From NCBI RefSeq assembly GCF_009834535.1, contig NC_045696.1:36706001-36770000 (forward strand): a stretch of 64,000 bases of DNA, in the 5' to 3' direction. Positions 37,259-49,841 of this stretch are shown piece after piece (position 1 is the first letter of the stretch; each line of letters opens with the position of its first letter). This DNA comes from Camelus ferus (lineage: Eukaryota). A program made the position numbers and the translations under genes. The notes below the pieces were generated by a model. That model was not told where the DNA came from. It was given only the letters and a program-made list of their open reading frames with translations, and searched no databases.

Positions 37259-40200
37259 GTGAGCTTCTTCCTCGGGAATTTTTTTGATGTCTTCTGCATT
37301 GTGAAGGATGCCACTTTTCATGATTATTTCAGTTGAAATGGAATATTCTATCATTATTTGTATTCTACCACAGTTTCTTATATTAAGACTTCTGATCTTT
37401 GATTTATACTCTTCTTTGTTCACCAGTTCTCATTTATAAATAATGAAATAGCTTTTGGTTTCTGAGGAAATTATTCTTTTCTATGACTGCTGTTATGGGC
37501 AATTGTCAAAGAAAAAGGAACATCAAATAATTTATTAGTGAATAAGACCACGAAAAATTAAGGAAGTTGTTTTCTGGTTATGTGGAGTTGAGTAAGAGGC
37601 TCATTTTGGTTTTCTAATGCTGGATACACTTTTTTCTTAATTATCTTTCAGCGTCAAAGTGTATTTTAGAGAGATTTTTTTTCTTTCTAGAATAGCAAAA
37701 TGACAAATGCTTGTGAAAAAATAGAAAACATTTATTTTAAATAAAAACCCTAGTATAGTACTGTGTCAGATTTTGGACCCTTCAACCAGAGATACATACT
37801 GAACACACTGGAGATATTTCTAGAAGAGCAGAATGCTCATTAATGGATTAGCATATTATGTCATAGTATTGATCTAGGCAGAATTTAAGTTGATATCTTC
37901 TTTGGATTCTTTCCAGTTTCTTGGTTCTCCCTTCATTGTCAAGGGTCTAGCTATGCTTTTTTCTAGATACCCATGAAACCCTATTTTGACAATTTACTCA
38001 GATCTCTCCTAACACAACTTTTATTTCCTTGGAGGAATATTTGTCAGTTGGAAAACAGGCATGGATGACATGTGAGCTAACGCTTTCTGGACACAAATTC
38101 TATTTTCAAATGCATTAAGTCAACCTCTGATTAGTCAAATTTAGACCATTGTAGAGAGATCATTGGAGACTGAGAGCCATATAAACAATCCCCCAGCCCA
38201 CTGTGTTATTTTCGTCAGACCAACATTTGCAGCTTATCCATCCATAAGGAAAGAACCCTGAGGAGTCATAGAAGGAAACTGACTGAGCACATGAAAATTC
38301 TAAAATCTTTTACATAGAAAATGATCAAAAGCTAATTTTCATGTCTAACGAAAGCACACAACACATGGGCTTAAAATTAATACTTGAGAGTTTTGAGATT
38401 TCAGTTATACACAGTATAAGCTTGGAAAAGGCACTTAAGTCAATGTTCTCAAAATATATTCTGAAGAAAACTAGTCTTGCAACTTCTACTCCCACCTCCT
38501 GCCACCCTCTCTACCCCTCACATTAATTAAAACAAGAACAAAACTTCAACAGTCTTGGGAAATTACAATGTAAATTAATAAAATTAAGTCCTGCAATGGG
38601 TCAGCCTCTCTAATGCTGCTCAAAGTTCAATATCTGACTCTAAGAATTTGTTTTATATATAAATGAGCACTCGTTGGAAAACAAAGCAAAGCAAAACATT
38701 GATCTTCCTTGGGTTTTATCTTTGTTACCTATAAAGTAAAGAAGTTGAAAATAAATGAGTGCTCAAACATAGGCTTGATAATCGTCTAATAGAGACATTA
38801 ACATAGAGAAATCCATCCTGATGAGGGAGTACACATGAGATGCCCTTTCTTTTTAATTCTAATTTTGTGTGATTCTATGACAAAATGAACCCTGAGTTTG
38901 TTTCCAGATCTAAAATTTCTTAATTCTTAGGACTGTCCATTGATTAAATTTGTCAAAGAGTCAAATGGCTCATGAGAAGAGATTTGAAAGCTCCCACTCC
39001 ATTAACTATAACCTGTAACACCATTGTTTAAAATTGTTTATGGACTCACCCAAGAGTAGACATTTGACATGAGTGTTTGCCAGAATGACTGGTTTTGGGG
39101 GCACAATTAGGAATTATCTGTGCTGTTAGTATAAAGCTGTGCAAACTTGTTTTAATGTTAGCTGATGTATTTTTAGGCAAGCGATGATATATGATGATAT
39201 ATGCTATCTGTATTTCTCCCCATATGCATGCTTTTTTCTTTAAAAAAAAGTCAAAACTTCTCCTTATGTTTCCTGCAACTTATTTTTTCTTTACTCTTCC
39301 TTCAGTTTTCCTCCCTTATAATTATTATTTTTAAAATCTTTTCTCCTTCCTTCATTTCTAAACCTTGTTGCAAGTAATCAGGATCCAGGCAATTGCTAAT
39401 GTAGCTCTTGTTCAAATATTTTCTCTCTAAAGAGTGCTTACCAACCACTTTTCTATAGATTTATTTGTTTACTTTTGTTTTCTTTCTCTTTTATCTGTTT
39501 TACAGCTTCAGAAACTTAGACAGGTCACAGTTTATGCCCAATTTTTCCCTTCCATCTCCTTTTTACAAAATTTCATTTCTTTAAACTCATTCTACAGGAC
39601 ATTTCTGTCTTGAAAAATGAGACAGACTGTGTTAAGCACTGTTCATTACTACTGTATTCTTCTGTTTCACCATTGTAAGATATACTGAATGCCATGTTCA
39701 ATTGTGGTTGTGTCAAAACAAAAAGAGATAGCAGTTTAAGCCCTCTGTTCATTTCCTTCCTATTATACTTGGAGTATTCCGTATTTTGAAATAGTTTTCA
39801 GTTCTTGAAAGAAAATTAAAAAACCTGTATCCTTTTTTCCCTTTCAGCAAAATAAGGCAGTAACTTTTCATTTAACCATCTTTTTTGGAAAAAAAAAAAA
39901 ACAAGTTTTGTGGTTTTGTGTGTTAAGGACCAAACAAACATGATACAATGCCTGCTATTATCTTGGGAAATTAGCTGAACAGCTTTCAAAGGATTTCTTC
40001 CAAGAGCTTCAAATTAATTTCTTTGATTTTTGAATAGAAATTTGTCTGGCCACGCAAGTGTATGATTCAGAGATGATTTTTCTTTTTTTTTCCCTCGGAA
40101 ATGACCCTTGACATCTCCAGTCCTGCCTCTATCTGTGTCTCTGTCTGTGTAACCCTGTAGAAACTGGCTTCATAAAACCACAGTTTTCTGTCCCATGGAA

Positions 40201-40649
40201 GACTGTCTGATCCTATCTTTGAAATCCTGCTGAGAACCTTAAAGAAATCATGTGTTCAAGCAGAATGTAGTCCACTAAGAAAGCATTTAGGGAATTTTTG
40301 CAAAGAGGAGTGTCTTATCAATAACGTGACTGGCAATTTCGACATGATATCGTGGCCCACAATAAATGGAGGGAAAGCTTCCAAACATGGCCACTTACAG
40401 TGTATTGTAGAATTATTTTGTACAAACTGAGTCAAACTCATGCTCATGACTGCTTCCAGACTCACCCTAGCTTAAGACAGGAACTGATGTAATTGGCAAA
40501 CCGGAGGACATTTTAGATTTTCAGCATGAGTGATAGGAAGAATTTATAAAACAGGGAAAATGAAAATTAAGGAGAACACTGGTAGTAATGTGAATATCCC
40601 TGATGGGACAGGAAAGAGATGGTTAAGAGTCTTCTGAAAATCTCCAAAG

Positions 40650-40860
40650 GTGTAGTGGAAAATGTGCTGACTCGACCATCAGACAGACTGGATTCTGATG
40701 TCTGGTCTAGAATTTTGGTCAAGTTGCTTAGTCTCTGTGAGTCTAAGTTTTCTCAACTGTAATATCAACTCGACAGCATTGTTGGTAAGATCATTAAAGA
40801 TAAGTTACATAAAGTGCTTGACTCAATATCTGATGCAGATGTGTTAATTATTACGTCATC
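40650..40860 (+). mobile_element. MIR SINE
   Basis: tttggtcaagttgcttagtctctgtgagtctaagttttctcaactgtaa..acataaagtgcttg. Confidence 0.7.
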
Positions 40861-42047
40861 ATTATTGTCATTAACATCCTTATTATTATTCTCCTATTCT
40901 TTAATGGGAATCAAGCTGTATCTCTTTTCATTGATGAAATCAGGGCTATGAAGAACAAGGTGTAGCTGTGGATTTATAGTCCTTATCCTAGACTTTGTGC
41001 TGGGACAGCGTTAGGGAGCCTGTAACCAATGTATAAAGGCTAAATCTGAGAAAAGCACATTTTTAAAAATACATGTTTTGTTGCTTAGTTTGTTAAATAA
41101 AATTGAGGAAAGCAAAATTCAGAGCATAGGTTTAGAACCATTCATTGAAAATCACAATGGTGTGCAGATGCTATGTGAAGTGTATTGGCCAGTGTGATAC
41201 AAATTTAAATATATGTCAATCATGATCATCTTCCTACTCTTTCCCCTTTTTCTTCTTAGTCTTCACTTTTTCATTTTCCTTTTTCTTCACCAGTTCCTTT
41301 TTTCCTCTTTTTGTGTGTGTGTGTGTGTGTGATTTTCTTTCTTTCTCCTTTGCAGTTCAAGGCTTCTGTTTGTCTTCTTCTGTTTTTCCACTTCAAAATC
41401 TAATGATTAGTGTATTCACTTACTAAATGAATCTTCTATTGGCATATTGGCATCATTTTGGAAGGTAGGGAGCTCACGAATAAGTTCCTCATTAGTTCAG
41501 ATATGGTTTGAATCAGTTATGAAAAGCATACCAGCGTGAGTTTTTGTCTTGACAACAATATTCTTGATCTGAAATTCATCCCTAAGAATTTTTAAAATAT
41601 TTAGAGACAGAAACTAGTTTAAAAAAAAAGTGTGATTTAAGTATTTAAAGAAACTTTGTCTCTCCAAGAAATAGAATTTTGAATTTTGCCCTTGGAATAA
41701 GTTATCTTTTGGTGAATTGAATGTACAGGGGAAAGTGTGTTATAAGGGGACCTATCTACACTCATAAGGCAAATAATACCCCCAGGATTATTGAAGAAAT
41801 AGTGATATCATGGAAAATTGTGTTTTAGATTGAGAAATCAGTTTTCTCATCTGATAGTGTGGAAAGGAAGAAGTTGTTCCTTCTTTGTGTGAATTATAAT
41901 GCACTGCCCTTATAAACTCCGCTTGTTCTATTGTTGTATGTGTGCGTGCTGAGATGAGGCAGTGAGACAGTTATGAAAGTTGGAAGGTGCTTGTTTGAAT
42001 CATCGCCTCTTGCTGAAGAGGTAGTTAAGAAAGATTCGTTATTCTAG

Positions 42048-42155
42048 ACACAGCTCAACACCAGTTAGTATGTAGAGACTCATGCCTGGATAACAGAGAT
42101 TGTATTGCAGTTGGACTGTTCAGTTCTGATGTAATCTTTCCATTTGGATCCATGG
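42048..42155 (+). CDS. Putative 108-nt phase 1-1 exon (TAQHQLVCRDSCLDNRDCIAVGLFSSDVIFPFGSM)
   Basis: Weak acceptor ttattctag|, strong donor TGG|gtgagt, open in the phase left by exon 37168-37258. Confidence 0.3.
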
Positions 42156-42732
42156 GTGAGTACACAACTGTTTTTAGGGGATTTCAGCTCTTCCCAAAGG
42201 CAAACAAGTATTCCCACAGAAAATCAAACTGGGGTGAGGCTTACCCTTGACTAGGAAGAGATGGCTGAAGAGAAAGACTAGTATTAGCACACTTGGAGCA
42301 TTCCCTGTGTTCAGAAGGCTAGGTCTGGCAAGGAAAGGCTGATCGGGAGGTTCCTAGGCTCTGGGAGCAGTAGTGCAGAGTCATCCCAGCTATGATGTGG
42401 AATTGAAAGGTGGAGCCTTCTCCATGGCTGGGGAAATATGGCAAGAGTAAAGGCAGTGCTCTTTTACTTCCCTGCAAATAAGCCAGTTTAGTGGAGATTC
42501 GGACTCTTCTTGAGGGGAGGCAGTGGTTCCAAAGCTACCAGGCTGGTCATGAATGGTGGGAGAGTGTGGAGACTGAGGGAGAGGAAACGAGGCTGAGTTA
42601 TTTGTTTGCAGATGACAAAACAGAGTGTCTCTTGCTTGATGCTCAGATATACTGGGGGACTCTTTGTGGCTTGATACTGTCAATAGAAGTGTGACTCCAG
42701 ATAATACAGGCTGGTGAAGAGTAGATGCCAGC

Positions 42733-42762
42733 AAAAACAAACAAACAAACAAACAAACAAAC
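42733..42762. repeat. (CAAA)n repeat
   Basis: Visible directly. Confidence 0.95.
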
Positions 42763-43599
42763 ACCCCTCAATTCTGAAAGGGAGCTGGTCTTTTTGGGAA
42801 AGTAATAAGAACAAAAAGAAAGTATTGATTAAAATTAGTAAATTCCCTTTCTTATTGAATTTTAATGACAATGCTCAAATGCAGTTTTATTGAAGTATAA
42901 TTTACATACAATAAAATGCAATGATTTTAACTGTATAGCTTGATGAGAAAAACATATGCTGTGTAACTAACACTCACATCAAAATATAGAGCTCTTTGAA
43001 TCTAACTCTTTTTTACTTACATGCAGTTTTTAGGATTCATCTATGATGTTTCATGTAGCTATAGTTCCTTTGTTGCTGGATTAGAAGCAATTTTAGTCTG
43101 TCTTCTTTGTACAGCTATGAAATAAAAGGAAAAATAACTCAATTTGGTGTTCTCATGTAGTTTAAGTAATAAGGAAATTGGCATTATTTGCCTATGAATA
43201 AACAGTACCTTGGATTTAAAACATTTTTAATAAAAATAAATGATTAATCAGGTTATGATTTAATGAGAAATACAAACTTGTAGAAATCTCCAAGAATTTT
43301 CCAAAAATTTTACTTTCATTTTAACTGCAACACAGTATGTCTTCATTAAATACCTTGAATCATTACATTGTTTTATGAAAGACATATTCACAATTGAATA
43401 TATTTATTTCTATTATTCATGGACTAAATCTCTTCCTGTCACAATGGAGATGTAAATTTCCTCATAGCAATTTAAATACATTAGTTTTCTGATTTGATTC
43501 TAAGGCGTTTGGAAGGCAGAAAGGGGTAGAGGAATGGAAACAGACATTGTCTGAAGGTATGAACTGGCCTCTGTGAGTAAACTATGCCAACCATTTTCC

Positions 43600-45215
43600 T
43601 ACACCGTTTTTGGTCCCTGTTTGCTTTTTCTGGATCCTCACTCTGGAGTTACTCCTCTCATTTTTCTCTCATCAGCATGTTTCTCCCTCCCGGGTCCTTG
43701 TCATCAAGCATCCAAGCATGCTCTAGGCTTTTCTCATCTCCAAGCACACACCTTCTTACATGCACAGACATACCCACCACCCCTTCCTCCCCATGTTTCC
43801 TCTCACTATTGCACACTTCACTGTTTCCTTTCCCCATCTGCATTTCTCAGGAGTTGTCTGGGTATTCTGTCTTCAACTCTTAATCACAGATGTGTTCTTC
43901 AGCTCACTCTGATCTAGATTTCACATGACCACCTCCCACCCTCTCTAGCAGACCTCTCGCTGAGGTGACCAATGACTTCCATATAGCGACAGCCAATGAG
44001 TAGTTAATCTCTCAGCAGCATTTGGCAGGGCTGAGCACATTCTTTTTATTGAAATTCTCTCTTTTTTTTAATTTTATGTCATTTTTCTGGGTTTGCTCCA
44101 AATGGCCTCACTTTGCCGGTCTCTTTTCTGGTTCATGTTGTTTCATCTAGTCTTTGAATGTCAGGGTACCCAAGGTCCCCTTCTCTTCTCATTTTGTCTC
44201 CTCTGAAGTACTCTCTTCCTTACCATAGCTTCAGTTACCACCAGTACAATGGCTCCTGAATATTTATGCCCAGCTCTGACCACTCCTCTGAGTTTTTGAC
44301 TTTTACATATTCAATTTCTGATTTTATATCCCTAATTGGATGGCCCAAAGGCACTACAAATACAGGGTGATGGCGTATAAAGTATTCCTACATCAAACCT
44401 GGTCTTCCTCTGGAGATTCTTATCTCAATCAACAGCCAGATTTATGTTTACAGCTGTTAAGCTCAAACACTTTCACACCATTCTTTCCTACTTGTCATAT
44501 CCAACTTAGCATGAAATACAGAGAATTATACCTCTTATAAACATTTTGAATCTATTGATTTCCATATCCTTCAATAACACACATTAAAAGCCACCACCAT
44601 GAATTACACGGACTATTACAGTAGCCTCTTAAATTATTTACTTGTTTACAATCTATTTTCTATAACATAGCCAGTAACATTGCATTTTTAATCCAAAATT
44701 TGTTCATTCTTTGCCTAAAATTTCAATGCCACACATTTCTTACGAAACAAAAATTAAATCCTTATAGATATATCAGCTATGTGAGGTCTGGCCCCTATTT
44801 CTATTCGCCTGTCTTAAACCATTGAGTCCTCTATACGTCAGACTGTCTCCTTTAATTCCTTGAGAGTGTTCTGTGCTCTCTCCCACATATTTAACTTTCA
44901 TACTTTTTTCTGGCCTAGAACACTAGTCAATGCCTCATCTACTGAGGTTAGGGCATGCTTATTCATCCATCAGACCCCATATGAAAGGTCACTTCTATAG
45001 GAAGCCTTCCTTGACACTCATATTACAAAGTTCCTTTTTTATTTTTTTCTTCTTTTTCCTTTGCAGCATTGTTTTTCATGGATTATGGCCAACATCTGAA
45101 TTCTAAACTAGTCTGTAAACTCCATTAGGACAAGGACATTGTTTTGCTAATGCATGTATCCTGGCAGAGTGCTTGGTAAATAACAGGTACTTCATCAATA
45201 TTTGTTGAAAGGATG
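43600..45215 (+). mobile_element. Degenerate L2 LINE (3' region)
   Basis: gaggtgaccaatgacttccatatagc..gccaatg, ctctcagcagcatttggca, gtaaactccattaggacaaggac..gagtgcttggtaaataacaggtacttcatcaatatttgttgaa. Confidence 0.85.
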
Positions 45216-46009
45216 CTTAAATATAAACAGTTTTTGAAATATCTTATCAATCATGGAAAATTTTTTTCATATACTACCAGATGTTGGAAAAAACTTAGAA
45301 GATCTATGAAATGTTTATTTTTAATCAGATGTCAGCATTGTATAATTTATTGACATATTCCCAGAGCACATGCATAGGGAAGGGACTGTTTATATACATA
45401 GGGATTGTTCTGACATTTCAACATAATTTGTTACAGAGAAAATAAGGAGGTCAAAAAAAGGCCTATTCAAGTTTTTTGTTTTTTTTTTAAAAGAAAAGTA
45501 TGGGGTATATTATTTTCCATAGTATAGGTGATCTGGACTAGCTATTACCACTATATTTTACTATTAAAAAGTGAAGGATTTGGAAACACCCAGATATGGT
45601 GGATGTTTATATGCATATTAATTCACACTCTGTGCTGTTTACCTAAGCATCTTTGTTTCTTCTCTATTACTTGCTTGTTTTCTAGAGTAAAGGCATGTAG
45701 AAGCCCCGTAGGCCCTGTTGAACACGTACAACTGAATCCTTTTGCAACAAGGGGTCGCTAGTCCTGTTGTATAGGCCAGGACCATCTCTGATTAGATCTA
45801 GCAGGCCATCTGTTACATCGCAGGTGTCCTAGAAGCCTTGTTTTCTCTCCAGGTGAGTCAGTAGATCCAGCATATGTGTCATACCTTCAAGAGTAACCTT
45901 TCTTTCTCGATGACTAGAAGGAAATAATCAGTGAATACTATGTTAGAGAATAATCATTGGCGTTAAAATAATGTCTTGATTCAAATTATTGTTCATGCCT
46001 GTTTCTCAT

Positions 46010-46170
46010 GGCTTATTCTAGTTTTCTCTTTCTGCCTAACAAATCACACCAAAACATAGCAGCATGAAGCAACAACAACTTCATTATACTCACAATTCTG
46101 GGAGGCAGAAAATTGGGCAGAGCCTAGCAAGAGTGGTGTGTATCTGATCTATAATGATTGGGAGATAAAA
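46010..46170 (-). mobile_element. Old MLT1 fragment
   Basis: taacaaatcacaccaaaacatagcagcatgaagcaacaa..ctcacaattctgggaggcagaaaattgggcagagc. Confidence 0.55.
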
Positions 46171-46964
46171 TGTGTGTCTTTCCATGGATATTAATCATTA
46201 TGTTGTTTGGGATACAAGGAGAAGGAGAATCACTATCTTGATTTTTACTCTCCTGATGGAGCAATCAATGAATTTAAGCTGCTTGTTTAGAGAAAGTCAC
46301 AGAAGGATTGTAAAAGACTGGAACAAAACAAACTACCTATATATCTTTATCTGCTCTCTTGACAGCTGGATAATTTGTCCCTTTAGATTTAAATATTAGT
46401 CTAAAAAAGCCCTGATTATTTAATATATTACACTGTTATTTTCAAATTTAGAGTTATTAAATGGGCCAAGAAATCTGCAATAAAATTACTCTTAAACCGT
46501 GCTGAATAATATGTAAACAATACTCTATTTTTGATCATAGCCAAGTGGAGTATATTTCCCCAAATCTGTGCTCTTTCTTATATTACCAGTGAGCCTTAGA
46601 ATACAAATAAATGTTTAAAAACTTTCTTCTATTTATTTGTTTATAAAAAATAATGCCTGAGACCAAAAGTTACCCACAAAAATGAATTTATTATAACATT
46701 CCCTTCAGATGTACAAATGCTATATCTTATTGGTTGAAAGTTACATAAATGTAGACTGTCTTAGAAAAAAAATGAAGCTTTTCCTTCTTTAGCTTGTCAT
46801 TTTCCCTGAAATAACAAAACAAATTTGATCTTAGGCTATGTTTGCACAGCATAGAGGCTATGCTTATAATGTGAAAGAGAAGACTCACTGTGGTAATTTC
46901 TTCATTGTATGAACCAAACAAAAACAGATAATTCAGGTCTCACTGTGTAAATCTACTCTTAACA

Positions 46965-47290
46965 CAATTTAACAGTTATTTACTGAGTATCTATTATGTG
47001 TCAGGAACGATAGTAAGCCCTGGAAATATTGAGATAAATATGACATAATCCCTGCCATCAAAAATCTTGCATTCCAGAAAGAGAGACAGGCATGTAGACA
47101 AATACATAGACTATACTGCAGTAGGTACTCATCAAATGCTGTAGAGGGCTAGAAGAAGGATTCATTTCTTTAGCCAATTGTGGGAGATGAGGAGAATTAT
47201 AAAAAGGAAGTAACATTCTGACCCACAGTCTGTTGCCAGGGGTATCTACACGGACGAATAAGCAAACAGAAAAGTTGTTTCTAATTGAAA
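46965..47290 (-). mobile_element. L2 3' end fragment
   Basis: tatttactgagtatctattatgtgtcagg..atccctgccatcaaaaatcttgcattccag. Confidence 0.7.
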
Positions 47291-47580
47291 CAAAAGCTTT
47301 TTTTTCTGATATCAAGTTTGAGATTTTAAAATATAGCATTAGCTCCCTTTCAAATTAGAATTCCTAGTAGAAGTAGAAGCAATGGTGCTATCTTAAAAAC
47401 AGAAGTGAAACAAGTGAGGCAGGACAACAAAGGGTCTTTATAGCTCAAATGTCTTTATATATGCCAAAATAAATAAAAATTCAGTAATCAAATTAAGTGT
47501 GAGGAAGGTTACAATACGTGTGCAATAGATAAGCACACTAAATAAGTAATATTTAGCTTTGATTCAAGAGTACTGGTCTA

Positions 47581-49058
47581 CATAGCATTAAAAAGCATAA
47601 AATATCTAGGAATAAACCTACCTACAGAGGCAGAGGAAGTATACTTTGAAAACGATAAGACACTGATGAAACAAACTGAAAATGACACAAACAGATGGAA
47701 AAGTATACTATGTTCTTGGATTGAAAGAATCAATATTGTTAAAATGACCATACTACCCAAGGCAATATGCAGTTTCAGTGCAATCCCTATCAAATTACCA
47801 ATGACATTTTTCACAGAACTGGAACCAAAAATGTTAACATTTTTGTATGGAAACACAAAAGACCCCAAATAGCCAAAACAATCTTGAGAAAGAAGAACAG
47901 AGTTGAGGGAATCACGCTTCCTGATTTCAGACTACACTACAAGGCTATAGTAATCAAAACAATATGGTACTGGCAGAAAAAACAGACACATAAATCAATG
48001 GAACAGGATAGAATGTCCAGAAACAAACCTATGTATTTATGGTCAATTAATCTATGACAGAAGAAGCAAGAATATACAATGGAGAAAAGATAGTCTCTTC
48101 AATAAATGATGCTGGGAAAACTGGCCAGCTACATGTAAAAGAATGAAATTAGAACGTTCTCTAACACCATATACAAAAATAAACTCAAAATGGATTTAAG
48201 ACCAGATACTATAAATTTCTTAGAGGAAAACATAGACAGAACACTCTTTGACATAAATTGCAGCAATATGTTTTTTGAACTAGCTCCTAGAGTAATGGAA
48301 ATAAAAGCAAAAATAAACAAATGGGACCTAATTAAACTTAAAAGCTTTTTCACAGCAAAGGAAACCAGAAACAAAATGAAAAGACAACCTACAGAATGGG
48401 AGAAAATATTTGCAAATGACATGATCGACAAGGAACTAATTTCCAAAATATACAAACAGCTTATATAGCTTATTATCCCCCAAAACAAGCAACCCAATCA
48501 AAAAATGGGCAGAAGACCTAACCAGACATTTCTCATAAAAAGACATCCAGATGGCCAACAGGCACATGAAAAGATGCTCAATATCATTAATTATTAGAGA
48601 AATGCAAATCAAAACTATATAATGAGATATTACCTCACACCAGTCAGAATGGCCGTCATTCAAAAGTCTATAAATAGTAAATGCTAGAGAGGATATGTAG
48701 AAAAAGGAACCCTCCTACACTGTTGTTGGGAGTGTAAATTGGTGCATTCACTGTGGAGGATGGTATGGAGTTTCCTTAAAAAACTAGAAATAGACTTACC
48801 ATATGATCCAGCAATCCCACTCCTGGATATATACCTCGAGAAAAATATAATTCAAAAAGACACATATACTGCAGTGTTCATAGCAGCACTATTTACAATA
48901 GCCAAGACATGGAAACAACCTAATGTCCATCAACAGATGACTGGATAAAGAAGATGTGGTATACGCATACAATGGAATATTACTCAGTTGTAAAAAAGAA
49001 TGAAATAATGCCATTTGCAGCAACATGGATGGACCTAGAAATGATCTTATTAAGTGAA
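47581..49058 (+). mobile_element. LINE-1 ORF2 3' half (frameshifted), ending at TAAGTGAA without a 3' UTR
   Basis: [62 protein letters not shown] across several frames. Confidence 0.95.
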
Positions 49059-49444
49059 GGCACATTGGAAAATAGTGGTTATATTACCAAGGCTTTGACT
49101 GGAATGTCATATTTGAGATAGGTGTACATAGACTTGGATTTGACCAGACAACTTTAAGGAACTAAGACTAAGTTTATGGATTCAATAAAGCCACTTGGAA
49201 AAACAACCTGGTATCTTGCCTAAAGAGTTCTTGGCAGCTTTATCAAAAATGACTCTTATTAAATATCTGAGAGCTTGCACAACATAGGCCTAACTTTGGG
49301 AGCCCACCTTCATCACCAGTGCCTGAAATGAATTCATCTGAAGCAATCCGTTGTCAGGAATAAGAGACAGGTTCAATGAGATGGAACAATCTACCAAGTC
49401 AACTTCTAGAGTGAAACTTCTTGGGAAAGTTTCAGAGGCAGGAC
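49059..49444 (+). mobile_element. ERV1 (MER4/MER34-group) internal sequence ending in a polypurine tract
   Basis: ggttatattaccaaggctttgactggaatgtcatatttgag and actttaaggaactaag..aataaagccacttggaaaaa. gaaagtttcagaggcaggac precedes the LTR. Confidence 0.7.
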
Positions 49445-49841
49445 TGAGGGCAAGCAAAATATGCTACCCTCAAAATATGGCACTTTGATTATTTTAAATT
49501 AAAGTTACTTAAGAAGTAGCTAAAGCAAGAAGGAAACTCTGACCCTCCTTTTTCCCCCTGAAAGCAGGAATCTCCCCTGTGAAGCTAGTTCCCCTATATT
49601 AAGAAGGTAGAAGATATCTTATCACCAGAGATAGGAAATTCAAGGCTAAGAAGGCTGTGTAAACAAACTTCATTACTTCTTTATTAATTTGCTACCCCAA
49701 GCCCAAACCCCTTTGCTTTGTTAAATCTTCACAGATAATTGTTTTTTCTGGTAAAAGGCTGCCTGCTTTGGTTACTCTTTTGACTCTCATATATTTATGA
49801 GCTCCTATAAATACAAAATTAAATTTATTTTTCTCCTGTTA
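49445..49841 (+). mobile_element. MER34-like LTR (U3-R only, followed by an A-rich tail)
   Basis: Starts TGAGGG..aatatgctaccctcaaaatatggcactttg. ATTAAA at 49818-49823. Stops at ctcctgtta, then caaaaaaga. Confidence 0.75.

Noticed and set aside
3130..47600. Two L1 fragments (3130 and 47581) begin at nearly the same ORF2 position
   Set aside because: They differ in age and there are only two cases, so coincidence cannot be excluded.
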